DNA of 63,498 nucleotides, counting the filler, from Octopus bimaculoides (taxonomy: Eukaryota), in NCBI RefSeq assembly GCF_001194135.2. It is 4 parts of 4 records of this genome, joined end to end, with 100 filler letters (N's around TTAATTAATTAA, not from the genome) between each part and the next. Parts side by side here need not be neighbours in the genome. Positions count along the whole stretch, not along the records: positions 8,208 to 35,367 come from NC_068999.1; positions 35,468 to 45,451 come from NC_068983.1; positions 45,552 to 63,498 come from NC_068981.1; 1 more part is not named here. The stretch is one strand, 5' to 3'. The notes below the pieces were generated by a model. That model saw only the letters and a program-made list of their open reading frames with translations. It searched no databases and was not told the origin of the DNA. Shown in pieces: positions 34,830 through 46,780 of the stretch. Position 1 is the stretch's first letter; each line of letters begins with the position of its first letter. The translations under genes and the position numbers were made by a program.

Positions 34830-35367
34830 CAATATACAACAACTTTATCGCATCACTACTGCTTAAATCTCTCTGAGAGATTTAGAAATGTGTTATTTTT
34901 AATTTTGGTAACCAGTGAATATATTTCACTGTGATTATATATGTTGCGAGAACTTGACAGACTTCTTCAACCAGCTGCTCATTTTTTCCTTGTGCTAGAG
35001 AGAATATTTTGATTTTTGAATCGACATTTTTGTTGCTGCTACTGTGTGAGTTCGTTTCCGTTTGTTTGTTCAGTGTATTATAACTGTAATTTTATTAACT
35101 GTTTGCATACAGCTATTTTCGCCCTACGGGGCTGAAAATTACCTGTTAAATGTTTTTTGTTTTTTTTCTTGTCTTTGTGACAAGTATGGCTTCCATATTG
35201 TCAGCTGAAGGTGACCTTCCCATGGAGGGAGAACGTATTCAAAAAGGAAAACCAAGTTTCTCACAGGCCGTTGGAGGAAATACCATCGAGATGAAAATGT
35301 CTAAGGAAAGTTTATACGCGTTTAGAAAGTATATTCAGAAGGTGGATGGTGAAACAAAACTGATTCC
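34830..35367 (+). mobile_element. Probable 5' end (UTR + ORF1 start) of a second Tx1/L1-like LINE, cut by the scaffold join
   Basis: KPSFSQAVGGNTIEMKM resembles KMNFAATVGRLETITLKM of ORF1 at 9796. Confidence 0.45.
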
Positions 35368-35467
35368 NNNNNNNNNNNNNNNNNNNNNNNNNNNNNNNNN
35401 NNNNNNNNNNNTTAATTAATTAANNNNNNNNNNNNNNNNNNNNNNNNNNNNNNNNNNNNNNNNNNNN
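35368..35467. other. Artificial scaffold-join linker
   Basis: 44 N + TTAATTAATTAA + 44 N. Confidence 0.95.
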
Positions 35468-35678
35468 ATGTTGTATCCTATCTAGTTCATTGACTCCTAA
35501 ATACTTATATGGTTGGCTTTCGTCTAGTTCTCTTATTTCATTGGCTTTATCTAGTGTTATATTGCTACTTTTAACTAATTTTCCTCTTTTCAGGGTTGCT
35601 TTGGCACATTTTTCTAATCCGAATTTCATGTCTATTTCCTTGGTAAAGCCGTGTACTGTCTGTAGTAGTGTTTCTAGC

Positions 35679-35680
<2 letters not shown>
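35468..35680 (-). mobile_element. R4/Dong-clade LINE RT fragment whose 5' junction abuts (TAA)n
   Basis: LETLLQTVHGFTKEIDMKFGLEKCAKATLKRGKL…YKYLGVNE. (TAT)n/(CAT)n run at about 35679-35805. Confidence 0.75.
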
Positions 35681-35739
<59 letters not shown>

Positions 35740-35765
35740 CATCATCATCATTATTATTATTATTA

Positions 35766-35806
<41 letters not shown>

Positions 35807-36095
35807 GGAGATTGTAGCATGTTTAATACGTAGTTTTAGATAGCAAGAAACAGTGACTTGTCCTCTTCCAAGAACATTCTTTCATTTCTGTTCAAAATCC
35901 TTTTCTTTCATTTCAGATTTTCTTAGTTACACTTAACTACCGCTGTTTGAATCTAGTCTCTTTAATTCTGATCACCAACCGTTACCTTTCTGTTCGACAT
36001 GGAGACACGTTTACAACTTCAAAACAGTCAAAGGTAGTTCCACTTCATTGCCTTTTCACCTATGTAGAGTAATCATTGTTATACACACACACACA

Positions 36096-36160
<65 letters not shown>

Positions 36161-36664
36161 CTTGCTCCAACCCACAATATACTGTTATCGTTATCTATAC
36201 AGAATTTATCGATTTATGGAACTAAGCTCAAGAAACATACTACAATGGTTCACTGTATTTATTTATTGCTTGCTTCGTTGCTTCAATCATATCGATTACC
36301 CCTATCACCATAATATAGAATTTTCCCAAGAAAATCCCCACCACCACTACTACTACTGCATCGTTCGTAGATTTCCAAAATATTATCATTATCATTACCA
36401 TCATAAACCCACGACCACCCCACCGCAACTGTAACAATAACAATCTTTCTTATACTTCCCTATCTCTACTCTTACTCCTCATGATTATTAACATTATTTA
36501 TGGATGGTGCATTTATTGACAAGTACATTACTCGAGTATACTGTCAACCATGACCATCATCATAAATTACCATCATAAATCATCTTTGTCATCATCCTCA
36601 TCGGCAGCAGCAGCAGTATCAACTGCATTATTATCATCTTGATCATCAGCGCATCATCCTTCCT

Positions 36665-36874
36665 CTTTAAGCTAGCAGAATCGTTAGCACGCCGGACAAA
36701 ATGCCTAGCGGTATTTCGTCCGTCTTTACGTTCTGTGTTCAAATGCCGCCGAGGTCCACTCTGTCTTGCATCCTTTCAGGGTCGATGAAAGACGTACCAG
36801 TTGAGCACTGGGGTCGATGTAATCGACTATTCCTCTCTCCCAAAATTTCAGGCCTTGTGCTTAAAGTAGACAAA

Positions 36875-36927
<53 letters not shown>

Positions 36928-36998
36928 GGCGGTGAGCTGGCTGAATCGTTAGCATGCCGGGCGAAATGCTTAGCGACATTTCGTCCATCTTTATGTTC

Positions 36999-37060
<62 letters not shown>

Positions 37061-37300
37061 TGTAGTAGTGTGATATATGAGTGCTGGATTGCGGAATCGG
37101 TAAGGCTTCACACACCAATGCTTAGCAGTATTTCGTCCGTCTTCACGTTCTGAATTCATATTCCACCTGGCTCGACTTTGCCTTTCACAATCTCGGAATC
37201 GATAAAATAAGTACCAGTTGAACACTGGGTGGGGGTGATACAATCCATTATCCCCCATCTCCTCCGAAATTGCTGACCCTGTGCCAAAATTTGAAATCAG
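36665..37300 (+). mobile_element. Three head-to-tail SINE family B copies separated by (ATT)n and (TAG)n
   Basis: Heads at about 36670, 36930 and 37080 (gagctggc.gaatcgttagca.gccgg.c.aaatgc.tagcg.tatttcgtcc). Confidence 0.8.
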
Positions 37301-37522
37301 TACTATTACTAATACACAAATCGAATTTATCGACTACGCCCTTCCCTGAAATTTTCATTATAATCGCTGCTGCTGCTGCTGTTACCTCTCTTGACATTTT
37401 TGTTATTGTTTTTAAATGGAAAAAGTGAATTGCAGCAAAGTATTAAATTGGAGATTTTTATCTCTTCATAAACCTTTAGCAGTTCATAGCAGCAGTAGCA
37501 GCAGCAGCGGCGGCAGCGGCAA

Positions 37523-37582
<60 letters not shown>

Positions 37583-40500
37583 CGAGTGTGATAATGAAGG
37601 CAGTTAATTGAAGTGTCGAGTAGGCGACAAGGCTTTTATTTAGTGGCTTCAACAATGGATAACACAATAAGCAACTGATCATATCGATCTCTTCGATATA
37701 GGCAGTTTCGTGACATTAACTGAAATTATTGGAAATAAACAACAATGAATGATGAGGCAACATTCGCAGCAAAAACTTGCTACAGCAACGAATGATTATG
37801 AATAACTATATTACAATTATAACTCTTTTTGAGAAGGCATATGGACATTTATTTTTATTTTAAAGTCATTTGTTTGTAACGATATAATGCAGATAGCTAA
37901 ATCATGCCTAGTACCTATTCTATGGATTTAGGAACTATGAAGTATGAAGCCAACCCTGGAGACACTCCGTATTAGAATACAGTGGTGAGAAACTAAATAT
38001 TGGAAGGCATCTCACTGTTATTGTACAGTTTCCTGCTAGCTATATGTACGACCAATATTGATTTCTGTTTTATTATATTGGCGGATGTAATAAAGCTCAT
38101 TTTTTTTTCGTTTTGGGAAAGGGGAAGCAGAAAATTTTTGGCACTCAGTCCTTTCACAAGATTATCCATGGGGAAAAAATCGAATCGTTAAACGATCTCA
38201 TTCATATTCTTTTCTCTTCCAACCTGTATGCAATCAATAACGTTAGATAGTTATAACTATCAATTCAGGAAAGGGTGTTGATTGACAAAATCAGTAATAC
38301 AGTGGACACAATAATTTGTACTATTTAGTTTCGACTATTAACGTTCTGAGTTCAATTACATCCAATGTTCATGTTACCTTTTATCTTTCTAGTGTCAATA
38401 AAATATATACTATCCAAGTAATATTGTGGATGTAATTGACTATTACGTCCGTCTCCTATAGAAAATTATGTGACCTTGTGCTTATGTAAATAACTAATAG
38501 TATTTAACAACATTGCATATTCACAATTGTCGGCAATGATACGGCTAGTTTCTGTTTCGTTTTCGTTTTCAGAATAAAAATACTTTCGTTCTTGAGCTGC
38601 ATCGATTTCCTGGTGACAGTAAACAATCTTCTGTGCCATAAACGTTGTGTTTTATTCATTCAATATTTCGCTTTCTAAATGTTGTTGCTGCAGGTAATAG
38701 TTCTTCAGACAATATTGAGAAATCCAATTGTTAACAAAAAAGCTGCCTCTTGAATTGGGAATCCGTAAATGACCTCATTGGGTGAATGTAAAATAATCTT
38801 AAGATATAATAACTTCACTGATAGACAACCAAATGCCATAACCGATAGCAATATCTACAAGCTTGCAGCACTGAAGAAGCTCAAACTAAGAGACCTATAC
38901 TAAGTCCTGAGTGATAATGGTACCGGTATTTTATCTATTCACCAATAACAAACACAACTGAATGTAAAACAAAGGCGCATATTCGTGGTCGATCGACCTC
39001 CAGTAAAGAGCATCCAAATCTTTCCCACCTTAAATATTCATAGCACTGAGGTAAAAGAAGTTGTATGACATTCGAGTATTTTCCCATAGCATTTAATCTG
39101 AAGATGTAGTGGAATGGCTGCAACGGATAAAAATTCCATCACCACTATTTACCCTAGGCTTTTCAACTCTGTACATCAGTATAGACATTCTTTCCAAGGA
39201 AAAACCATAAGGTTCTGCATGATATCTGAGTAATGTTCTTTAGCATAGATGAAGGGGTTTTCGGATGATTTTTGATATAAATTGAATGACATAAAATCGT
39301 TCTGAAATTGAATCTTGTTTGTTGTTTATCCATCAAAATTTGATTCTCGTTGTTATTAATACACTAGCATGACTGTGTCATCAAAGAAAAGGACTGTTTT
39401 ATAAATTATAAAGTATGTTTTCACTTGAAGACATAAATTTCTTTGGCTATTACGTTTATAAATTTTTAAAAAACATATATAGACTATATATGTGGTATCT
39501 TTCAAGTAGAAAACTTGTTATCAGGTGTGCATCATATAAAGTATCAAAGAGATCAAATTTATGATTTTCTTGTCCGTCATACATGCCATTTCTATTATCA
39601 TCTCTTATTCTAACACTTGCTTCACTGCAAAGTATTTCACTGAACAAATGGCCCCCGAATATCTTCAGATAAATTGTAACGTGACGTTTGGAAGTTCGTG
39701 GATCTAATTATGTGGATCTAAGTATGTGGATCTAATAGTGTAAGTGAAATAGATTCAACCAAAGGCGTTTTTCGCATAAAGACCCTGGATATCCGAGGTT
39801 TTAGGTTTTGCTCTACACCACTTATCACAAACTGTCAATTCATATAGGGCGATCAAAATTTCCAGATAGTAAAAGGTCAGTTTAAATGCTTAATATATTT
39901 ACATCAAAGGATTTAAACAGAAAACTAAAATACTCAATAACGTTAGCTATCTTTAGCACGACAGCAACTGTAATCCCATTATCAAAAGACGAAGAACGAC
40001 GTTATCGGTATACATATACAAATTTAGTATAAAGACAGTCCTTTACATGTATGAAAGATGACATGAATATGATCAGTGTATTGTTCTTTTTACTTCGTTA
40101 ATAAATTGTTAGATATCCTTCATTTACATTACATGTTTCATTAGGAAACCATCAAATATTAAAATTCCTACCTCGATACCTCTGTTTCTCAAATCGCAAA
40201 GCACACAAGCAAACATACTTTGGATCTTAAGAATTATAAATATAAAGGAGATTTACACATCACATGCTTGCTATTTATCTAAAACAAATGAGACTATTCA
40301 ATACTTTCCTCCTCTAATGCCCCTCTATTCTTTCTGTAAATAAACGACTTACTCAAAGCCATCTCTAACAACGCTCACATTTCTGCGGAGAATACTAGTC
40401 GCTACTTTTTAACCTACTGCATAAGGATATCTACCTTATTGCATTTTCTTCAGATTGCATTTTCTTCAGATTGCATTTTCTCCTCGAACAGTGACCACGA

Positions 40501-40789
40501 ATATATTCTCCAGTAGAAATATATTAATCACTTCAACTCTCAAGAAAATAACTTTTGTATCTCACTGTCTTTGCATCACATATTTCTAAGTACTTCACTA
40601 TGAATGTTTTTTCTTTCTCTTTAAGCTGTAGGCATTAGACATATGTTTAATATATTATCACCAAATGGCGTCTCAGATATACCTAAATTTTCAGTAATGT
40701 TTATATCACCATGGTAACACATCTATCTTTTTGTATATGCTTTATTTTCGTTAACTTATCTTTTTTCGTGAAATAAACAAAGAATGTTG

Positions 40790-40863
40790 TTGACAGTGAC
40801 TTCGAAGTTTCAGCCAGTTAAACCATCGTCTGATAATGGCCGAAGCTTCGAAGTCATTGTCAA
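40790..40863 (+). ncRNA. Isolated pre-miRNA-like hairpin (27-bp stem, 20-nt loop); ncRNA status unproven
   Basis: ttgacagtgacttcgaagtttcagcca / tggccgaagcttcgaagtcattgtcaa: two G:U wobbles and one A:C mismatch on the + strand. No second copy seen in the window. Confidence 0.3.
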
Positions 40864-41425
40864 TGCCCCTATATAAGAATAATAAATTTTACTCTGCAAA
40901 ATACAGAGTAGCACATCAGATTGATGTAAAATTGTTTTTATTATACTGAACATAAATACACACATACATACATACATACATACATACATACATACATACA
41001 TACATTACAAAAACCACAACATATTGGCACTAGCACTTACGAGTTACACAGATACGTACACATACACAAAAATGCAGTTATGCACATGCACACACATACA
41101 AACAAAAACAGTACATTCACACACGCACGCACACATTCATGCATTTATTACACTACTCACAACTGTATGTATGTCTCTACACGTATATGTCTATATATAT
41201 ATATTGTGAATATGTGCACATGATTAATGTGTCTGAATGCGTAATTGTTTCTGTGGAACTATATATGTTTGATTCTGAGTGCGTGTGTGTGTGTCTGTGT
41301 GTGTGTGTGTGCGTGTATATGTGTGTGTATGCATGCGTCTGTATGCGTGCGTCTGTATGCGTGCGTGTGTGTGTCCGTGTCTCAAATATCATGCGAATAG
41401 TTTTGTTTACAAATGACAATAAAAG

Positions 41426-41634
41426 TGACGTCACAAAGCTATATATATGAAACATTTGAGAAATTCAGCACAAGTTGTGAAATCTCCAGAAGTAGACGTT
41501 CTCATCGATTGGGTTTCTTATTTATCCGTTGCATTCCATCTATTGTCACTGAGACTATATTAAGTGGAACTAAATTACAAATGCAGCATGAGACCACCGG
41601 GACACAACTTTCTCTCTCAAACTTTCCAATCACG
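41426..41634 (+). promoter_or_regulatory. CRE + TATA-like element followed by a candidate first exon ending in a splice donor
   Basis: TGACGTCA 41426-41433, TATATATAT from 41440, caaATG at 41581 (MQHETTGTQLSLSNFPIT), donor ACG|GTAAGC at 41634/41635. Confidence 0.35.
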
Positions 41635-41794
41635 GTAAGCCACAATCTCAAAACTATTCTGTGACACTTTTCCTATCGCTGTGATGCTATTTGTTATAAT
41701 GACATAAAGAAAACAATGTCAATTTGTCTTGGGAAATACATACTTCAGATTAGGTGTATGGTTGAAATTTCATAGAAACCTGAAAACGAGGAGT

Positions 41795-41818
41795 TGACGT
41801 CATTCGTTATTATAAAAA
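41795..41818 (+). promoter_or_regulatory. Second full CRE + TATAAAAA
   Basis: TGACGTCA 41795-41802, TATAAAAA 41811-41818. Confidence 0.3.
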
Positions 41819-41876
41819 GTAAATCATTGCGTAAAGTAATCGAATTTAAAATTTCAACTTAAAATTTCAATATATA

Positions 41877-41933
<57 letters not shown>

Positions 41934-42466
41934 ATTCACCGGAAGCAATAAATTACATAATTTGAATGCTTGTAATTTAAGTAACCTGAGTTACACATTT
42001 CCAACCATTCTGCTGGTTTTCCTTTGATATATTAACTATTTGAATATATTTTGGAAATGGTATTTGAAACTAATGGAGAAAACGCCTATCTTTATGTTCT
42101 TTTTTAAACTGACCTTGCCAACGTCACGAGTGAAAAACGGCTGCTTCAAGCTCACGTATNNNNNNNNNNNNNNNNNNNNNNNNNNNNNNNNNNNNNNNNN
42201 NNNNNNNNNNNNNNNNNNNNNNNNNNNNNNNNNNNNNNNNNNNNNNNNNNNNNNNNNNNNNNNNNNNNNNNNNNNNNNNNNNNNNNNNNNNNNNNNNNNN
42301 NNNNNNNNNNNNNNNNNNNNNNNNNNNNNNNNNNNNNNNNNNNNNNNNNNNNNNNNNNNNNNNNNNNNNNNNNNNNNNNNNNNNNNNNNNNNNNNNNNNN
42401 NNNNNNNNNNNNNNNNNNNNNNNNNNNNNNNNNNNNNNNNNNNNNNNNNNNNNNNNNNNNNNNNNN

Positions 42467-42800
42467 ATAGGATCGCGGTTTCGATTCCCAGACCGGGCGT
42501 TGTGAGTGTTTATTGAGCGAAAACACCTAAAGCTCCACGAGGCTCCGGCAGGGGATGGTGACGAACCCTGCTGTACTCTTTCATCACAACTTCCTCTCAC
42601 TCTTACTTCCTGTTTCTGTTGTGCCTGTAATCCAAAGGGTCAGCCTTGTCACACTGTGTCACGCTGAATATTCCCGAGAACTGCGTTAAGGGTACACGTG
42701 TCTGTGGAGTGCTCAGCCACTTGCACGTTAATTTCACGAGCAGGCTGTTCCGTTGATCGGATCAACTGGAACCCTCGACGGAGTGCCAACAACAACAACA
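42467..42800 (+). mobile_element. tRNA-derived SINE (family C), head partly in gap, (CAA)n tail
   Basis: B-box-like ggtttcgattccc. Tail gcaggctgttccgttgatcggatcaactggaaccctcgacggagtgccaacaacaac. Confidence 0.65.
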
Positions 42801-42839
42801 TACACATATAACCTACACACATGTACACACACATGCACA

Positions 42840-43640
42840 TCACTGTATCAAAATATTGACCAAACTATCAGATATTGATATACATCGTTGGTCACAATTC
42901 GCTTCAAATTCTTTCTTGATTGTGCCATTCTTTTCGATCTGGACCCAAATCGTGTAACTAACTCGTCTACCCATCATCTTTTCCGATCTTTTGAATGTTG
43001 TTGTGGAGAAGCTTCTTCTCTATGATTTCGTTGATCACGATCTTCGCCTGTAGCAATCGATCAACCTGTGTTGAACGGTGCAATCGCTGAGAAGTACTGC
43101 AGTATACACCGTTTGTCGACTAGAATAAAGTCAATTTCATTTTCGTATGAGCATTGGGAATTATCCAGATCCATCTCGTTCCAGAGTGCTGCCTGAAAAG
43201 GCTGTTTCCAATGTAAAGTCTTCTTTCCTTTATCATTGTAAGCAAACGTTCTCTTTTGATTTTCTCTTCCGATACGAAGTATGGTATTTTTGTCAATTTT
43301 TCCAATATATCTCTTTCCCTATCGTCCTTTTTCAACCTTTACGCTGAGATCTCCCATCACTACAGTGTAAGTGGATCTGTTAGCTAGCTCTTGGTAAAAC
43401 TGTTTCACTTCGTCTTCGCTAGCATTTGTGAGAGCATGTTGATCTTCAGGACAGAATTTACTCTCACATTCCTGAAATTCATGGTTATAAGTTTCGGCAT
43501 AGAACAGTGAACCACAGCGTTGTACCCAACCTCCAAATGTTGTACCCACACGCAACAAGGAGAAAGTACATGAGCCAGAGTAAAACGAGCGACAAAACGA
43601 CGCTGTGGGAACATAGGACGGTGTGTTTTATGGTTCACTC
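42840..43640 (-). mobile_element. Decayed RTE-type LINE endonuclease fragment
   Basis: ASEDEVKQFYQEL…YTVVMGDLSVKV, APE-like motif spacing. Confidence 0.6.
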
Positions 43641-45451
43641 GTATTATTTGTACGAGTTTATATGGTGCAGGAGATACGAAAATTGTAATTTGTTTGAGGA
43701 GAAACCCCTAGAGTGTATCTCAAACTTCCGCTTTAAATTTTCGCGGCAAAAAATATATTGTTTACACAAACAAACTACAGGACTATAACGTACAGTTTTT
43801 TCTTTGCTTGTCTTTTTTCGTAATTTAACGTAAAGTTTCTGCCGTTTTGTAATTTAACATAGTTTTTTCTTTTGTTTTTATAATTTTTTGCCAAAAAGAT
43901 TTTCATTGAGAATTTTTCCATTTTATATGCCTGTTCCAACGTTTCACATGACTTTGTTCATTTAAGCTTATTAAAACTACAACTTTCATCTTGGTAATAT
44001 ATTGGTTGCATTGGCGTTGTAATAGACAGCTATTACGCACTAAATACCAAATTCCTGATTGGATAAAAAATCATCAAACTTTAAACTGCTGTAACGTTTT
44101 CGTAAAACCTTTCTGGGACAAGTGAATAACAGCATCAGAGTCAGCGGGAAAATTTACATCAATATACTAAATTTGAACATTCTCACATAATTTTCAAACT
44201 TCAAAAACTGTGACAGCAACAGAAAATATTCCACTTTGGTACTCAACACTTAGAAATATCTTCTTAGAAACTTACCCCCACAAGCAACATATTTTTTCGA
44301 ACATAGGTAAAGTCTGAGAAGAGCAATTTCATTTCTCATCAAATGCAACGTATTCACAAATGGACTCGCGAACGAATAACAGAAAATGTTTTTGTGATCC
44401 TCGATTTAATGACATTTCAATAATGTTACATTACTGGTTTCAACTATTCACTTGGAAAGCAGATGTTATTTTGTTGTACGGTTATATCAGCCCTGCGTTG
44501 TCTCGTTTTGTAGTCTACAATTATCTTTATAATAGTGATATATTAAAATGCAAACAATTTCCTCAGTGAATGACATTATTGTCCATTTTGATAAGTATAC
44601 CTCTCACGCATACGTATTTTTGTTCTGTAATCCACAAGCTTATGCGTTATGTATTTCATACCATTAAGCATTGCCTGTATAATATTTTGTTTATTTATTC
44701 TGAGAAAAAAAAACGTTCTAAACATATTAATACTATCTGAAATAATTTGATTGTTGTATTGTTGTCTCAAGTTATATGCAATCAGTTATGCCCTTTAGTT
44801 AAATATTAATAACTACTGGAATCCATTGAGATTCATTTTAATTGCTTATAGAATTTTCTCTTCCATTCAAATATAACTTTTACAATGAAAAAAATACGTA
44901 TTTAAAAAAACAAATTGGTTTTGAAATAAAATTTTGGCTTTTACATTGGAACCTGTAAAATGGAATCAGACTTCATTAGTCATCATTCTTTCATAATCAT
45001 AATTATTACCTCCAAGCCATCAATATTTTATATACATTTACGTGTGAGTATATGTAAGTGAATCTATGTGCGTTTGTGTGCGCGCGCATTGCAAATTACT
45101 GACGCATTAGCTATGCCTCCATAGGATGCTAGAATATACTCTACAACAAACCCACTTATTTTTTAAGCCGGCATTGTGTGTGCAGATTAATTAAAATTAA
45201 AAATTTAATCAATTTTCACATGCAGTGACGGCTTCAAATTCAATATTATAACATACTTAAAATATGCATTTATGTGTGTATATGTGTGTGAGTGTGTGTA
45301 TGATTGCGTATGTATGTACGCGCGCGCGCATTTGCAATACCGATATGTATGCACTCGAAAGAAAAATAATCACTATATCAAGCATCACATGCAGTGGAAT
45401 ACTAAGTATTATGTATATATTATATATATACGTATATGTGTATTGTGTGTG

Positions 45452-45551
45452 NNNNNNNNNNNNNNNNNNNNNNNNNNNNNNNNNNNNNNNNNNNNTTAAT
45501 TAATTAANNNNNNNNNNNNNNNNNNNNNNNNNNNNNNNNNNNNNNNNNNNN
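45452..45551. other. Artificial scaffold-join linker
   Basis: 44 N + TTAATTAATTAA + 44 N. Confidence 0.95.
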
Positions 45552-45594
<43 letters not shown>

Positions 45595-45701
45595 TCATGT
45601 TTGACTTTTGCTTTGCATTTGTACAAGTTGGATCCAAGTCTCACCCAGAGACCTCAAGAGACAACAAGTTAGAAGTTCATGCAAGCGTTATGCCTAGGGT
45701 A
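45552..45701 (-). mobile_element. LINE 3' end (probably R4/Dong) with (TAA)n tail
   Basis: 45594-45701 nearly identical to 63374-63480. Both are preceded on + by long (TAT)n. Confidence 0.6.
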
Positions 45702-45702
45702 T

Positions 45703-46406
45703 AACAATCTGGCCAGCACCAAAGATAAACTAACCTAAGAGCACTAGATTCGTTGGAAGAAAGCAACTTCGTTCTTTCCACTCTTCGTTCCCTCTCTCTC
45801 ATATTTCCTAGTTTTCTCTTCATTCTTAACTTCCCTCCTCTTTCACTTCACTCTGTATCTTTTCTTTTTTTTCTCGTCCCACCCTATTCTTCTATCCCTC
45901 TGTCCCTCTACTCACGCTCCACGTGACCGGTGTTCGGCCAAGGCTGACCTTTATTTCTTGGTTCGACTACCATCCGTACAGCATCTTTATTCCTCCTCTT
46001 GCCTCTCATCTGTTATGTCCCTGCCGTAAGGCAATACTTCCACACCAGCCAGCTTAATTTAATTTATTCATCGAAAGACATATTGTTAATGTCCTGTAAT
46101 TTGCATTTGTATTTACGTAACATATCTCCGTTTTTTATCCGTCCTTGTTTTCGTATACATTCCAAGGAATGCAGTGCTTTTACCATAGTAGATTGGAGCA
46201 ATCTCGATTATGACGAGCCGAAATTGCAAAGATAGTCTAGAACTCAACTGAAGAAAGAACACTCCGATTGAGCTGTCCTTATTTTTTCTTGTCCCGTTTT
46301 GGCATCATCTTTCCGGGGAGTTTTGCGTTTTTGTCCCATGTTTTGTATTCCTTTTTATTTACATATGGCGGCGTACGTACACTCTGGTCTCTTATATATA
46401 TATAAT

Positions 46407-46410
<4 letters not shown>
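45703..46410. mobile_element. Probable Penelope-like terminal-repeat-derived sequence
   Basis: Motif caatctggccagc and its related inverse gattggagcaatctcg…gccgaaattgc. Resembles octopus PLE ends from memory. No ORF. Confidence 0.3.
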
Positions 46411-46452
<42 letters not shown>

Positions 46453-46456
46453 TGAA

Positions 46457-46780
46457 GGCACATAGCTCAGTGGTTAGAGCATCGAGCTTACGATCGTGAG
46501 GTTGTGAGTTCGAATCCCGGATCGGTATGCGCGTAGTGTTTCTGAGCAAGACACATTATTTCAGGTTCCTCCAGTCACTCAGCTGTAGAAATGAGCTGCG
46601 ACGTCACAAGTGCCAAGCTGTATCGGCCTTTGCTTCTCCCATCGGCGGCGTGGAGATGGGAGGCCGGTATGCATGGGTGACTGCTGGTTTTCCATAAACA
46701 ACCTTGCCGAACTTGTGTCTGGGAGGGTAACTTTCTAGGTGCAATCCCATGTTCAGTCATGACCGAAGGGGGTTTTAGCA
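46457..46780 (+). mobile_element. tRNA-derived SINE (family D) with intact A and B boxes
   Basis: tagctcagtgg and gttcgaatcc, but no paired acceptor stem. Continues into CORE-like gtgtttctgagcaagacac. Confidence 0.75.

Noticed and set aside
37490-37585. Poly-Ser/poly-Thr ORFs
   Set aside because: (AGC)n/(AGT)n microsatellite.
46457-46530. Apparent tRNA gene
   Set aside because: A and B boxes present, but no acceptor-stem pairing, and it continues into a SINE body.
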